Shown here: one piece after another, positions 49,711 through 62,145 of the stretch
Layout of the letters: the number at the start of each line of letters is the position of its first letter
Numbering within the stretch: position 1 is the stretch's first letter
Origin: Sedimentisphaerales bacterium
GTDB lineage: Bacteria; Planctomycetota; Phycisphaerae; Sedimentisphaerales; SM23-30
NCBI GenBank assembly: GCA_963663965.2
Contig: CAXXFK010000038.1
Span: 51,958 to 115,957 of the forward strand
Direction of reading: 5' to 3'
DNA: 64,000 nucleotides
The notes under the pieces: generated by a model
Databases searched by the model: none
What the model was told of the DNA's origin: nothing
What the model saw: the letters and a program-made list of their open reading frames with translations, nothing else
Translations under genes and position numbers: made by a program

Positions 49711-50805
49711 ATGATCTATCTGTATTCGATAATGGCTTTTGTGATCTTAATTACTGGATTAAGCATTCTGTTGATTTTCGCGGAAAAACTGCTGATCAAT
49801 TACGGTATTTGCAAGATTGACATTAATTCAGAAGAAAAACTTCTGGAGGTCGATGGCGGACAATCGTTGTTATCGGCATTGTATTCCAGCGAGGTATTTA
49901 TCCCATCCGCCTGTGGCGGTAAGGGGTCATGTGGCCAGTGTAAAGTGAAGGTTCTCGAAGGAGGCGGGCCGCTTTTGCCAACTGAGACGCCTTATCTGAG
50001 CAGAAAAGAAGTCCGCAGTAATGTCAGGCTGGCCTGTCAGGTCAAAGTTCGTGAGGATGTCAAAATAAAGATCCCCGAGGAGTTGCTGAATGTCAAGATG
50101 TTTAAATCGACTGTCAGCAGCACCCGCAGCCTGACCCACGATATGAAGGAAGTCCGATTCAAGCTGATCGAGCCGGCTGAAATCGAGTTTAAGGTGGGTC
50201 ATTATATTCAGATTGAAGCGCCTTCGCCAGATGGCAAGGTGTTCCGGGCTTATTCGCTCAGTTCGCCCTGTTATGTGCATGATGAGGTGGAGGTGGGCGT
50301 CCGGTTGATACCGGGTGGCATCGCGTCCACCTATATTCACAATATGAAGGTCGGGGATCCGGTGACCTTTACCGGGCCGTTTGGTGAATTCAAACTGAAT
50401 GAGGATCCGGAATGCGAACTGATTTGCGTAGGTGGCGGCGCGGGTATGTCGCCGATGAAGAACATTATCTATTCGGTGTATGACCGCTGGCCGGAGCGTT
50501 CGGTCTGGTTGTTTTTTGGCTGCCGGACGGTTAATGATGTGTTTTATCTGGAGGAATATAAGGAACTGGCCAGGAAGTATCCTAATTTCAAAGTGATCTA
50601 CGCCTTGTCCGATCCGCTGGGACCGGATGATCAATGGGATGGCGAGACCGGTTTTGTCCATTTGTCGGTGGATAAGTATTTAAGCGAGCCGAAACAGCGT
50701 CAGGCGTTTTTGTGCGGACCGCCGCCCATGATCGAAGCGGTGTGGCGTGTTCTGGAAGACAAAGGCTTGACAGACAAAGATATCTTCTACGATAAGTTTG
50801 AATAG
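49711..50805 (+). CDS. nqrF: Na+-NQR subunit F (2Fe-2S / FAD / NADH)
   Basis: TM anchor, CGGKGSCGQC...RLACQ, RAYS, GPFGEF, GGGAGMSP, LCGPPPM, YDKF. Confidence 0.88.
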   Translation: MIYLYSIMAFVILITGLSILLIFAEKLLINYGICKIDINSEEKLLEVDGGQSLLSALYSSEVFIPSACGGKGSCGQCKVKVLEGGGPLLPTETPYLSRKEVRSNVRLACQVKVREDVKIKIPEELLNVKMFKSTVSSTRSLTHDMKEVRFKLIEPAEIEFKVGHYIQIEAPSPDGKVFRAYSLSSPCYVHDEVEVGVRLIPGGIASTYIHNMKVGDPVTFTGPFGEFKLNEDPECELICVGGGAGMSPMKNIIYSVYDRWPERSVWLFFGCRTVNDVFYLEEYKELARKYPNFKVIYALSDPLGPDDQWDGETGFVHLSVDKYLSEPKQRQAFLCGPPPMIEAVWRVLEDKGLTDKDIFYDKFE

Positions 50806-50889
50806 CGCTTATATTATTCAATAAACGATATAAATCCAGAGTATTCTAAGTCGCTGAATTTCTGAAATTATCATAAGTGAGATTGTGAT

Positions 50890-51204
50890 ATGCGGAAAAT
50901 TAGACCGACATTTCTTTTTCGGTTTGTTACTCTCGTAATAATGGTATTATTGTATATTATCGTTTTAAAGTTGGTTATAAATTACTATCTGAATATAGGC
51001 TTAGCTGTTTTTCTGGTACTATTCTGGTTCATTGGGATCGAAAGTGGTTGGTTAGTTAATGGAATTGGGGAGCGTTTTATTAAACGGGCTCAAAACTCCC
51101 AAGGGCGGGTGAATTGTCTCTGGTTTGTCGATATCGATCAGCAGACTAAAATTGGCATGGATATTCATGCGAAGGAGACCGCAGATAATCCAACTTTGAG
51201 ATAA
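50890..51204 (+). CDS. Small hypothetical membrane protein
   Basis: 104 aa, two hydrophobic helices, fills the intergenic gap. Confidence 0.5.
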   Translation: MRKIRPTFLFRFVTLVIMVLLYIIVLKLVINYYLNIGLAVFLVLFWFIGIESGWLVNGIGERFIKRAQNSQGRVNCLWFVDIDQQTKIGMDIHAKETADNPTLR

Positions 51205-51233
51205 ACGTACATGATGTGCTGATAATCCATCGA

Positions 51234-52508
51234 TTATTCATGCCGCAGGGCGATGATGGGATCGACTTTGGCGGCATGCATGGCAGGGTAGATACCGAAT
51301 ACAATACCGATTCCCACGCTGATCGTCAGGGGTAGGAAGATGCTGACGGGAGTTATGACGGTGGGCATGCCGGAGAAAACGGTGATCAGCCAGGGTATCA
51401 GCAGGCCGATCCCGATGCCGATGAATCCGCCAACGGTCGATAGAACCACAGTTTCTATCAGGAACTGGTAAATAATCTGCTTGCGTTTCGCGCCGATCGC
51501 GCGCCGGATCCCAATTTCCCGGGTTCGTTCGGTGACCGAAGCCAGCATAATATTCATGATACCGATGCCGCCGACCAACAGGCTGATACCGGCGATGGAC
51601 CCCAGCACAATATTGAAAGTCCGTTTGGTGGCGCGGGCCTGTTTCAGGAGCGCCAGCGGCACACTGATCTGATAATCCTGTTTGTTATGGAAGGAGCGAA
51701 GCATGCGTTCCAATCCGGCAGCGGCAGTTTCCACCTGATCCAGATCGGCCACCTGGGCAATGATCTGGTGCAGCTCGACTTTCTCACGGGAACGGGAACC
51801 GGCAGTCCGTTTGGAGAAAATATCGCCGAAATATTTTCGGGCGACCACTAAAGGAATATAAATGTCAATTTCCTGGTCCGGGATCTGGATATTGCCCGCC
51901 TGGCCGGTTTCGCTCTGAACAATTCCGATGACCTGAAAAACATCGGTGCCAATGCGGATGTTCTGGCCGATGGTGGATTCGGTGGCCAGAATTTTACGGG
52001 CGCCAAACTCAGTCAGAACCGCGACGGGGCTTTCATCTCTAATATCTTCATTATTGATCGTGCGGCCGGCCAGTACAGGACGGGGAACCAGTTCGAACCA
52101 TTCGGGTGTGGTTCCCACGATGCGCAATTCCAGGCTTTTTTCATAGAGACGGCACTCGCGACGGATGACTTTCGCGGGCGCCACTTTGTCAATCCCTTCA
52201 AAACCGCTGAAGATTCGATCGTGATCCTCATAGGTGAGGCCATAAATACTCATCATGGAATGGACTGTGGACTGGGTTTCCTCTTCGACGGATTTTTGCG
52301 AGGTGATAATGATATTACTGCTGCCCAGTTTTTGAATCTGGTCCATAGCGCTTTTGCTGGCGCCTTCGCCAACGGACAGCATGGAAACGACACTGCCCAC
52401 GCCGAACACAACGCCCAGCATCGTCAGAAAGGACCGGAGTTTATGCAGCCAGAGGTTTTCAGTGCCCTGGCGGATATTGCGTAACAGGCGGGATTCCTTC
52501 ATGACCAT
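51234..52508 (-). CDS. MacB-like ABC transporter permease
   Basis: [53 protein letters not shown]. Confidence 0.93.
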   Translation of the reverse strand: MVMKESRLLRNIRQGTENLWLHKLRSFLTMLGVVFGVGSVVSMLSVGEGASKSAMDQIQKLGSSNIIITSQKSVEEETQSTVHSMMSIYGLTYEDHDRIFSGFEGIDKVAPAKVIRRECRLYEKSLELRIVGTTPEWFELVPRPVLAGRTINNEDIRDESPVAVLTEFGARKILATESTIGQNIRIGTDVFQVIGIVQSETGQAGNIQIPDQEIDIYIPLVVARKYFGDIFSKRTAGSRSREKVELHQIIAQVADLDQVETAAAGLERMLRSFHNKQDYQISVPLALLKQARATKRTFNIVLGSIAGISLLVGGIGIMNIMLASVTERTREIGIRRAIGAKRKQIIYQFLIETVVLSTVGGFIGIGIGLLIPWLITVFSGMPTVITPVSIFLPLTISVGIGIVFGIYPAMHAAKVDPIIALRHE

Positions 52509-53212
52509 TCTCCTCCTTCTATCCGATCGATTTTGCCATCACACATATGCAAGCGGTGGGATGCGTACGCAGCAATATCCGGTTCGTGGGTCACCATAAT
52601 GATCGTTTTTCCTTGCTGATTGAGCGTTTGGAGGAGTTCCATAATCTGAACTCCGGTTACCGAGTCGAGGTTGCCGGTGGGTTCGTCGGCAAAAATGAGT
52701 TGCGGATCATTGGCCAGGGCGCGCGCGATCGCCACCCGTTGCATCTGACCTCCAGACAATTCGGTCGGGCGATGATTGAGCCGCTCTCCCAAACCAACCA
52801 AGTCGGCCAGTTCGCGCGCCCGTTCGGCGCTTTTTTGAACTTCCCAGCCCAGATAATAAAGCGGCAGTTCAATATTTCGCTGCACGGTGAGTTGGGGTAT
52901 CAGGTTAAAGCTCTGAAAAATAAAACCAAGATAACGCAAACGCAATTCGCTCAGGCTGTCATCATCCAGGGTGGAAGTGTCCTGATTATCCAGAAGATAA
53001 CTGCCGGAAGAGAGCCGATCGAGGCACCCCAGGATATTCATCATCGTACTTTTTCCGGAACCGCTGGGTCCCATGATAGCCCAGAACTGACCTTTTTTAA
53101 AGGTATGGCTGACGCCATCCAGCGCGCGGACCTGTTCGGCTCCCATTTGATAAATTTTACGCGCTTCCAGTAGTTGAATGACGTTGTTATTCTGGTTGGG
53201 GGGTTGAGTCAT
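52499..53212 (-). CDS. MacB/LolD-like ABC ATP-binding protein
   Basis: [29 protein letters not shown]. Confidence 0.95.
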   Translation of the reverse strand: MTQPPNQNNNVIQLLEARKIYQMGAEQVRALDGVSHTFKKGQFWAIMGPSGSGKSTMMNILGCLDRLSSGSYLLDNQDTSTLDDDSLSELRLRYLGFIFQSFNLIPQLTVQRNIELPLYYLGWEVQKSAERARELADLVGLGERLNHRPTELSGGQMQRVAIARALANDPQLIFADEPTGNLDSVTGVQIMELLQTLNQQGKTIIMVTHEPDIAAYASHRLHMCDGKIDRIEGGEWS

Positions 53213-54056
53213 AATCTCCAGTATCCTGTGGATAAGCCGTAGGGGTGATTTCGATTAATGAGAAACGCCGGAAAGGATTTTTACGATTCCAATTTATGAT
53301 ATTATCGTAAAAGTGATGATCGCCGCCAAAAATTACCGGCACAACCGGATCGCTGTAATTGGCGATGATACGCAGAACATGGTCTTCACGTTGATTGAAA
53401 CGGGCGTCCATGTCATTGCCGGCGAGCTGGACGGCCGTGAAGGAATCGCAGTCACGCACGGTCAGTTCCTGATTCATCGCGAGCATGAGATCGGCGCCGG
53501 GAAGATAGGGGATTTCGGATGCATCCGTAAAAATGTCCGTTGCCAAAACGTTTTGCAGACGATGCCGGTATTCTTCGCGGAACTCCATCCAGTTTACCTG
53601 CATAAACAGACCTTCGGTGCGAAGCGCGCGAATCTGCCATTGATCGCGCAGATAAAGCGCCAGATGGTAAATATCCGACTGGCAGTCATTGATCGCCCGA
53701 TAGATGGTCCGATTCTTGATTCGAGTCTCATCGATCACTGAGCGGACGGATGCACGCAAATCATCATAAAAGGGATCGTCAGGAATGCGTTTCAGCATGG
53801 CATGGCATTCATCCAGCACCCGATGAAAGGGCAGATAATGGATCTGGCGAATATGAATCAGGCAGAAGCGGGATTCGGGGACGGGAAATTTCGAGATGTC
53901 GGAAGTGTTCGGGATGGAATCGGGAAAATGTTCGATAAAACGATCCGCTGTAGTCCGCGGATATTCCCGGGGGGATATGGCCTGGCGACATCCACCAGCC
54001 TGGCTGATCGATACGACAATAAATAGTATGCTTGTTATGTGAACCGTGTTTTTCAA
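53187..54056 (-). CDS. Hypothetical exported protein / lipoprotein inside the exporter operon
   Basis: 289 aa; signal peptide ending QAGG-C; LIHIRQIH, TEG, RED, VIFGGDH motifs; overlaps the ATPase start. Confidence 0.6.
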   Translation of the reverse strand: MKNTVHITSILFIVVSISQAGGCRQAISPREYPRTTADRFIEHFPDSIPNTSDISKFPVPESRFCLIHIRQIHYLPFHRVLDECHAMLKRIPDDPFYDDLRASVRSVIDETRIKNRTIYRAINDCQSDIYHLALYLRDQWQIRALRTEGLFMQVNWMEFREEYRHRLQNVLATDIFTDASEIPYLPGADLMLAMNQELTVRDCDSFTAVQLAGNDMDARFNQREDHVLRIIANYSDPVVPVIFGGDHHFYDNIINWNRKNPFRRFSLIEITPTAYPQDTGDYDSTPQPE

Positions 54057-54150
54057 TATAAGTATTGGGAATTAAATTTTTTAACAAACACATAAATCAA
54101 CGAGAGTCTATCACCTTGAATAATAGATTGATGTTGTCAGAGTTTACCAT

Positions 54151-55953
54151 TTATCTGGGAGCGGGTGTGGGGCTGTTGTCGGGGGGATTTGATCCCTGGG
54201 CATCGGAAGGCCTGCGCTGGCCGGCGAACTGTTCCGCCAGCTTACTGCGTTCTTCAGGGCTCATGTTTTGAAGCCGTTGCTGCATTTGCTGCATCTGATC
54301 GGCGGAAGGGCGTTGTCCCGCCTGGCCCGGAACGCCAGTTTTATTGTCAGGCTGATTTTGAGGTTGTGCCGGGGGGAGATTATCCAGCTTCTCACGAACT
54401 TCTCCGGGCAGAGTTTTATTGCCGTTATTGAGGCTATTCAGCAGTTTTTCTGATTCGTCGACTTGTTCGCCCCGATATAACGGCGGGGTCAAGCTGATTT
54501 CTTCACCTTCCTGCAAACCATTAATAATGTGGATTGTCCGATTGTTATCCATACCCAATTCAACCGGACGCGCTACAAAATCATTATTGGTTTTAACATA
54601 AACATGCGGTTGTCCTTTGATGCGAATAACCGCCTGGATGGGCACATGAATTACATTTTCATATTGCTCGACGATAATCTCCGCTTTACAACTCATGCCC
54701 GTTCGCAGGGCCGGATCCATGACATTAATATTGATGGTTGAGTTATAAACTTTCAGGTCAGGATTCATGAACATGCTTTGCGGGTCGGGCAATGGGGCGA
54801 TACTTTGAACCGAACCGAGAAACTGGCGGTTGGGCAGCGCATCCACCTGAATGATGACCGGGAGACCTTCGCGAACTTTTTTCAAGCTGGCTTCATGAAT
54901 GTCAACTTCGGCGATGACCGCCTCCGAAACCGGCAAATAAATCAGTTCCTGTCTTTCATGCACGGACAGGCCGATTTTAAGGGGTTCATCTGAACCTCGC
55001 CAGGAATCACGTTTGGCGCTGGTGGCGTAAATGACCTGTCCGGGATGAGGCGCAATAATACGGGTATTTTCGATCTGTTCTTTCAGTTGCAGCAGTTTTT
55101 CTTCTTCCTGGATTTTTTCCGCTTCGCCGGCAGCCAGATTGGCATCGGCCTGGATGATATTGGCATTGGATTTCCGTTTCGTCCGCTCTAAAGCCATTTC
55201 AGCCTGTTTAACGTCGCTTTCCAATTGTTCCAGATTCCGCTTGTAATCGAAGTTAACCAATAAATCCAGGTTGTTGCGTGCTAAATCCAGGTCCAGTTGT
55301 TTCCTGTTTTTGGCGATCTCTTCGTTTTGTAATTCAGTTCGGGAAATGTATTTTTCTTCGTATAATTTGAGCGAGTTATTATACGTTTCTTCGGTCCGTC
55401 CCAGTTCTTCTTCAGCCAGCTTGATTCGTGCTTCCGCTTCAGTTTTCAATTTTGGAAATTCGCCTTCAATGTACTTGTTCAGGTCGTCTTTAGCAAATTT
55501 CAAGGTCAGTTCCGCCGTGTCGATATCGCTTTGGGCCTGGCTTTTAACGATTTCGAGATTTTCCTGGGCGTTGATAAAGTTGGCTTTAGCGTTCTGATAG
55601 CGGATGGTACGTTCACGCTGGTCGTTAATCAAGGTGGCGCTGTCCAGTTCGACCAGCAATTCTCCCGTTTGCACGCGAGTACCTTCAGGAATAATATATA
55701 GAATGGTGGTCCGGTCTTCGACGCCGCTTGTCAATATAGTGATATCGCGCGCTTTGATGGTGCCTGATTCCGTAATACTGATTCGTAAGGGACCACTGGC
55801 GACCTGATAAGTGGGCTGGCTGGCAAGTTCCGCAGACGCTTTTAATCGGTAATGGCGCCATGTCATTCCGATCAGCAAAGCGACAATGACAACAATGACC
55901 ACGATCACTGCCGCCTGGCCATTGCGACGATTCTTTTTTTGAGGGGTACTCAT
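54151..55953 (-). CDS. MacA-like periplasmic adaptor with very long coiled coil
   Basis: TM anchor, ITESGTIKA, IIPEGTRVQTGELL, LRTGMSC, VELGMDN...GLQEGE. Confidence 0.9.
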   Translation of the reverse strand: MSTPQKKNRRNGQAAVIVVIVVIVALLIGMTWRHYRLKASAELASQPTYQVASGPLRISITESGTIKARDITILTSGVEDRTTILYIIPEGTRVQTGELLVELDSATLINDQRERTIRYQNAKANFINAQENLEIVKSQAQSDIDTAELTLKFAKDDLNKYIEGEFPKLKTEAEARIKLAEEELGRTEETYNNSLKLYEEKYISRTELQNEEIAKNRKQLDLDLARNNLDLLVNFDYKRNLEQLESDVKQAEMALERTKRKSNANIIQADANLAAGEAEKIQEEEKLLQLKEQIENTRIIAPHPGQVIYATSAKRDSWRGSDEPLKIGLSVHERQELIYLPVSEAVIAEVDIHEASLKKVREGLPVIIQVDALPNRQFLGSVQSIAPLPDPQSMFMNPDLKVYNSTININVMDPALRTGMSCKAEIIVEQYENVIHVPIQAVIRIKGQPHVYVKTNNDFVARPVELGMDNNRTIHIINGLQEGEEISLTPPLYRGEQVDESEKLLNSLNNGNKTLPGEVREKLDNLPPAQPQNQPDNKTGVPGQAGQRPSADQMQQMQQRLQNMSPEERSKLAEQFAGQRRPSDAQGSNPPDNSPTPAPR

Positions 55954-56061
55954 AATAGCTCCTTGAAAAATTCTCTAATCGCTATAAAACGGATTAAAGA
56001 ATATTTAATGAACATTTCATTTTTTATGCTGATAAAATACAGATCAATCACGTTGTGATAT

Positions 56062-58005
56062 TCAGCCGGGATAAGCTGATAACAACAGTTCGTCTTTTAA
56101 TGTTTCGTTGGATGCGGTTTGACTTAAATACTCTTTCCACAACCCCTTATCATCTACCCATAATACGCCCATATCGCGCTGAAGTTCAAGTTCGGCGATC
56201 CGGTACTGGATAACAGCGCTGGTCAGGTCGGTCTGGGCCTGTAACAGGGCATCCTGAGCTTCGAGCAGATCGCGGATTTGGGCTTTGCCTAATTCCAGGA
56301 ACATGTTACTGCTTCTGACACGTTTTTGAGCCAGCAGGACGGATCTCACGCCAATTTTGAGGCTTTCGCGAGAGAGCATTAAATCGCGGAGTTTGGATCG
56401 AATCGATAGTTTGATTTCATCTTCCAGGCTCTGGACGGACCGGACTGCCACTTCCAGATCAATCAAACTTTTCGGTAAGCGTTTCGCTCCGCAGTTCGTT
56501 CAAACGGCAGGTCCAGTTCAAGCAATGCCGAATAATTACCATCGCGCAAGTCAATGGCCGCATCATTGCTGCCGGGCGGAACCTATCCCACGGCCAGAAC
56601 CAAAACCGGCTCGGCCCAGCAGATTCAATTCAGGACGCAGGCTGTCCGCCTGAACAATGACTTTCCGCTGGGCATCATAAACCCGGCCATGAGCGATACG
56701 CAGGTCAAGCCGGTTGTCCAGAGCGATCTTAATTGCCTCATTGGGATCCAGTTCGTAGGGGCCGGCATCTTTTTTATCGGGTGGGATCAGTTCAACCGGG
56801 GCATCCGCAGAGGGGAAAGGGCGGTCCATGCTGGAAGTCTCCTGAGAGTCCGCCTGCTCTTCATTGCGCGCCTGCTCCAGCAAAGCCATCGCCGGCTGGT
56901 TCAGAATTTCCAGATCACGACGATCCAGTTCCAATTATAGCATCGGGAGGCAGTCCAATCAGACTTTTGAAATTATCAAACCGGCTTTCATAACTGGCAA
57001 TACTGGATATCCAGCGGGTTCGTGCCCGTAATTCATTTTGAGTTGCCTGGTCTACCTGAAGTTCATCCAGTTTCACCTGCGTCGGCCAGTCTGCGCGAGC
57101 GGCGAGCGGGCCAGTACCAGACTCCGGTAGTTATTTTCTGAGTTTTGCACATCATCCAGTTCGTTGTAAAACCACCAGATAGTCATTTACGATCCGGACG
57201 ATGAAGGTTTTTTTTTGTAACGTTCGAACTCCTGAAGGGCGTAAACGACATTGCGTTCAGCCTGGGTAAGCGATTCGGTTGCGATGTGTTCTCCAGATCC
57301 GCGCAATAAAGGAATACTGATAGAGGGTGTCAGATGCGTAATCCCAGTGAGGAGGTACCCCCGGCTGTCAGCAGACTGGCCAGATCGACCGCAATGGCCT
57401 GACTTAAAGCGGGCGCCTGTTTTAAGTTTACGGGTCACACCCGTTGAAGCGCCATATTCCATTCCATTCACGGCCTGATCACCGCTTTGATCGGATTGAA
57501 ACGTGCCATTTAATATTCCAGAGAAGGTGTTGCGATAGGCATCCCGTTGTAAATCGAGATCCAAGGCCGTTTCAAAGACACGTTCCTTCCGTGTCTGAAA
57601 TTCCATACTATTAAAGGCGGCTACCCGAAGCACAGTAGCAAGGTCTAATTGGAGAAGCTTGCCATTCAGAGTAAATGAAGGATTATTGGGATCATCAATA
57701 TAGGGTGAATATTCATTATCCGGCCAGTATTTGAGGCTCTGAAGTTTATCGGACCCCAGAGAGGCGGCTCCGGAAACGGGCAGGTTCTGGTTGATCAGAA
57801 TTTTACGCCTCAGTAAATCAGAAGGGCGTTCAATATGGATTGCCTCTGATTGACCAGATGTGGCCTGTCGTTTCTGGCGGATGATATCGTAAGCAGCCTG
57901 ATCAGCTTGCTGGAAATATTCGCGGGGACTGCGACATCCGGGAGTAGTGATGTAAAGTATTGATATTAATGTGATTACGAGTAATCTGCAATTTGTTTTT
58001 ATCAT
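56062..58005 (-). pseudogene. TolC-family outer-membrane efflux lipoprotein broken by multiple frameshifts
   Basis: Lipoprotein start at 58005 (ITTPG-C); fragments 57187..58071, 56563..56934 and 56062..56466 carry ISIPLLRGSG, ALDNRLDL and DLLEAQDALLQAQ motifs. True pseudogene or sequencing error not decidable here. Confidence 0.75.
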
Positions 58006-58285
58006 TATGTCTTTTATTATGAGTTGATTGGGACGATTGGTTAAACGGATGAGCCCTCTTTTAATATACAAACGTTATAAACTGTCTGGTTCTGTCATTA
58101 TTTCCTAATTTTTTTGACATTTTTAAAACTGGACATTTCAGGAAGCTGATATACAATAACAATTTAATGTGGAAAGCAATAACTAATTATTTCAAAGAGA
58201 CTTAAATAAAGTTATGCCCGGTTATTCTTGCGAAAGTACTAATCGTGAGAAAACCGGATACTATTAATCTAGCGATAATAAAGGT

Positions 58286-61200
58286 GTGTTCATGGCATTT
58301 AATGATATTTTAGGCAAAGGATTGCTTAAGCTTTTCAGTAGTTCCTCACAACGTTATGTTAAAAAACGACGTGAATTTGTCAATCAGATAAACGGATTAG
58401 AATCTGAATATGGTCAATTAACTGATACCGAGTTACGGGCGAAAACAGCAGATTTCAAGGCACGTATTCAAGATCAACTGGGAGCAATATTAGACAGGCC
58501 TTTGCGCGAAATCATTCGTGAATTTCCCGGTTTGCCCCAGGAAGCGCGTCTGCCGGCCAAGAAACGGCTGATTGAGCAATTACGTCATAGTTGTGACGCC
58601 ATATTACCAGAAGCCTTTGCCGCGGTGCGTGAAGCGTCGGATCGTCATCTGGGTGTTCGGAATGTTTTCAGTAAAGAGTACCAATTCGATACTTCGATTT
58701 TGTCTGCGCCAATGAAAACGGTTTTTGACGATGTCACGCGCCGGATGAAAGAGGGTGAAAATGTTCATCAGATAGAGCTTCCACCGCAATTTTATCAGGA
58801 AGTCAGGGCGGCATGGCCGGTAGAAAAGCGGCCGCCATACCGGTTTCGACATTTTGATGTGCAGTTAATCGGCGGAAGGGTGCTATATGAAGGCCAGATC
58901 GCTGAAATGGCAACCGGTGAAGGTAAAACACTGGTGGCAACACTGGCCACATTTATTGTGGCTCTGAGCGGGCGCAAGGTGCATGTTGTGACCGTCAATG
59001 ACTATCTGGCGCAACGTGACCGGGATTGGATGGCGCCGGTTTATGAAGCGCTGGGATTGACCGTCGGAGCGATCCAGTCCGCCATGGATACGGTCGGCGA
59101 TGTGCGGCGTGCACAATATTCCTGTGACATTACCTATGGTACCAACAATGAATTTGGTTTTGATTATCTACGTGATAATATGAAATCAGAGTTTGCCCAC
59201 CAGGTGCAAGGACCATTGGACTTTGCCATTGTGGATGAAGTGGACTCGATTCTGATCGATGAAGCTCGAACACCGCTGATTATATCCGGGCCGGCACAGG
59301 ATGATGTGAGCCGGTATAAAAAGGCGGATACCATCGCTCGTGAACTGCTTCGCAAACAAAAGCCCTATACCGATACTCAAAATCAGATCGACCAATTGAA
59401 GCGGCAAGTGGCTTCGCTGGAGGGCGACCTGGCGGATGCCCGCAGGAATAAAGACACCGATAAAATCGCGAAAGTTGAAAGACAGATCGACAGTTGTGAA
59501 AACCAGCAGGCCGAACTGGAAGACAAATTGCTGGGGATAACTCAACTCTATGAGGTGGAATATGATCGCCGCAGCGTGCATCTGACCCATGAGGGTATCG
59601 GCGCCGCGCAGGATATTGCCGGAATCGGCAGTTTTTATGTGGGTAAGAACATGGAATGGCCGCATCTGATGGAGCAGGCCTTACGCGCCCATGTGGTTTT
59701 TGAAAAGGAAAAAGACTATGTAGTTCAGGATAACGAGGTTATTATTGTCGATGAATTTACCGGCCGTTTGATGCAGGGCCGACAATGGTCTGATGGTTTG
59801 CATCAGGCAGTTGAAGCCAAGGAAAATGTCAAGATCAAACAGGAAAGTCAGACGCTGGCAACGATCACCTTGCAGAATTTCTTTAAAATGTATCAGCAGT
59901 TATCGGGCATGACCGGTACGGCGATCACGGAAGAGGAGGAATTTGTCAAGATCTACAGCCTGCCGGTGGTGGCGATACCCACCAATAAACCGATTGTCCG
60001 TGATGACCGGGATGACCTGGTTTATAAATCATTACCGGAAAAGTTTAACGCGATTCTGGATGAGATTTATCAAGTGAGCAAATCGGGGCGGCCAGTACTG
60101 ATCGGCACCATCAGTATTGAGAAAAATGAGGCATTGAGCGCGGCTTTGACTAAACGTCACAATCTGGATCATGAGGTTCTGAACGCCAAGCAGCATGCCC
60201 GGGAGGCGGCGATTATCGCCAAGGCCGGTTGCCAGCATACCCGGCGGGATGGTTCGGTCTGGGGCAATGTGACGATTGCCACCAATATGGCCGGTCGAGG
60301 AACCGATATCAAGCTGGGGCAGGGAGTTCGAGAGATGGGGGGCTTGCATGTTCTGGGTACGGAGCGGCATGAGGCACGACGTATCGACAATCAGCTCCGT
60401 GGCCGTTGCGGCCGCCAGGGGGATCCAGGTTCGAGCCAGTTTTTCCTGTCATTTGATGATGATCTGATGCGTATATTCATGCCGGAATGGTCGATTAACG
60501 CGTTAAAAAAGATTGGCGGTGATGACGGGGAGCCGATTGTACACCGAAGTATATCCAAAGGGGTGGAACGCGCCCAGAAAAAGGTGGAGCAGCGAAACTA
60601 CGAGGCGCGCAAGAGTCTGCTGGAATATGATGAGGTGATGGATTTTCAGCGTCAGGTATTTTATACCCGCCGCCAATTGGTGCTGGAAGGCCGCAAGCTG
60701 ACCGGCGCGCTATGGGAAATGATCGACGACTCGATTGTAGAGAATTGCAATAAAATGCTTAATAGCGATTATCCCTATGAATGCGCCATGGAATGGGCCA
60801 AGTCAACTCTTGGCGTCGATCTGGACTTGCAGCGCGTGCGTAATGAAAAAGTGGATGGTCTGGAACGAATTATCCGGGATCATGCCCGGAATAACGCCGA
60901 TCAGGATATTACCATTACCCTGGGCGAATATATGGCGGATGATGTGGCCAAGGAGAATTGGGACTTGCGAGCGATGGCCAAATGGGCGATGAGCCGCTAT
61001 GGAGTCAATATTTCGCAAAGCCAGATCCGCGAGATGAGTTTTGAGGATGTACGCAAACTGCTGGTTGATTCTGCTTGTGAACGAATTGATAAAGTCGATT
61101 GTTCCAGGCTGACCGCTTTTCTGGATGATACCTTTGCCTTGAAGAGCCTGACCGACTGGATCAATCAGAAGTTCTTATTAGCAGTGCAAGTGGATGAAAT

Positions 61201-62086
61201 CAAAGACAAGCCACGCCAGGAAGTGGAAGATTATCTCATGCAGAAAGCGCGAGCGGCGTATCATAAACGGGAACTTGAGTATCCAGTCGATTACGCCCTG
61301 AGCCTTTCCATTCACCGGCAGCAAACCGCAGGCGCCTATGCCGCGGCAGAACTGGCCAACTGGGTTAAACATAAGTTTGATATTGAGTTGCCGATCAGTC
61401 AGTTACAGGAAAGCTCTTATGATGATACGCGCCAGATGCTGATCGATATGAGCGAAGACTATCATCGCGAGAAACTTGCCTGTGAGATCGACGGGAAAAT
61501 CCGGGACTATGGCACGGATGAAAGCGGACTGACCCGGTTACAACAGTGGGCGAAGGAACGCTTTGAAATTGAACTTCATGATCATGACTTAAACCCGGAG
61601 ATGGTAAGGGATACGCTTCTCCATCAGGCCAGACAGTTTCTGCGTAATGAGCTGAATGATCTGGAACGCTATGTGATGTTGCAGATTTATGACGCCACCT
61701 GGAAGGATCATCTCTACTCGATGGATCATTTGAAAGGCAGTATCGGATTACGGAGTATGGCGGAGAAAGATCCCAAGATCGAATACAAGCGGGAAGGGTT
61801 CCGCATGTTTGAAGAGATGCTGAGTAACATCCGGGACAAGGTAACGGATATCATTTTTAAGGCCAAACTGGGCGCCGAAGAGGAACGTCGGAGTATCTGG
61901 AACATTTCCAGTACGGATCATGGCGTGTTCAGTCAATTTACCGCACAGCAGGAAGCCGCTCAGGCGCCGATGGGTGAAAATAAAGCCGTAACGATTCGGA
62001 TGGAAACACCCAAAGTGGGTCGCAACGATCCCTGTCCCTGCGGCAGTGGTAAGAAATACAAAAAATGTTGTGGTATTAATCAATAA
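58286..62086 (+). CDS. secA: Preprotein translocase SecA with lineage-type insertions
   Basis: [83 protein letters not shown]. Confidence 0.97.
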   Translation: MFMAFNDILGKGLLKLFSSSSQRYVKKRREFVNQINGLESEYGQLTDTELRAKTADFKARIQDQLGAILDRPLREIIREFPGLPQEARLPAKKRLIEQLRHSCDAILPEAFAAVREASDRHLGVRNVFSKEYQFDTSILSAPMKTVFDDVTRRMKEGENVHQIELPPQFYQEVRAAWPVEKRPPYRFRHFDVQLIGGRVLYEGQIAEMATGEGKTLVATLATFIVALSGRKVHVVTVNDYLAQRDRDWMAPVYEALGLTVGAIQSAMDTVGDVRRAQYSCDITYGTNNEFGFDYLRDNMKSEFAHQVQGPLDFAIVDEVDSILIDEARTPLIISGPAQDDVSRYKKADTIARELLRKQKPYTDTQNQIDQLKRQVASLEGDLADARRNKDTDKIAKVERQIDSCENQQAELEDKLLGITQLYEVEYDRRSVHLTHEGIGAAQDIAGIGSFYVGKNMEWPHLMEQALRAHVVFEKEKDYVVQDNEVIIVDEFTGRLMQGRQWSDGLHQAVEAKENVKIKQESQTLATITLQNFFKMYQQLSGMTGTAITEEEEFVKIYSLPVVAIPTNKPIVRDDRDDLVYKSLPEKFNAILDEIYQVSKSGRPVLIGTISIEKNEALSAALTKRHNLDHEVLNAKQHAREAAIIAKAGCQHTRRDGSVWGNVTIATNMAGRGTDIKLGQGVREMGGLHVLGTERHEARRIDNQLRGRCGRQGDPGSSQFFLSFDDDLMRIFMPEWSINALKKIGGDDGEPIVHRSISKGVERAQKKVEQRNYEARKSLLEYDEVMDFQRQVFYTRRQLVLEGRKLTGALWEMIDDSIVENCNKMLNSDYPYECAMEWAKSTLGVDLDLQRVRNEKVDGLERIIRDHARNNADQDITITLGEYMADDVAKENWDLRAMAKWAMSRYGVNISQSQIREMSFEDVRKLLVDSACERIDKVDCSRLTAFLDDTFALKSLTDWINQKFLLAVQVDEIKDKPRQEVEDYLMQKARAAYHKRELEYPVDYALSLSIHRQQTAGAYAAAELANWVKHKFDIELPISQLQESSYDDTRQMLIDMSEDYHREKLACEIDGKIRDYGTDESGLTRLQQWAKERFEIELHDHDLNPEMVRDTLLHQARQFLRNELNDLERYVMLQIYDATWKDHLYSMDHLKGSIGLRSMAEKDPKIEYKREGFRMFEEMLSNIRDKVTDIIFKAKLGAEEERRSIWNISSTDHGVFSQFTAQQEAAQAPMGENKAVTIRMETPKVGRNDPCPCGSGKKYKKCCGINQ

Positions 62087-62145
62087 AAGCATTGATTGAT
62101 CAACGTCATTCACCAGAATAGAGTAAACAACAAGTGGATTAATCT

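Noticed and set aside
58286..62086. Accessory SecA dedicated to the LEPR-xLL system
   Set aside because: Full-length with all motor motifs and SEC-C tail, and more than 20 kb from either module; looks like the housekeeping copy.
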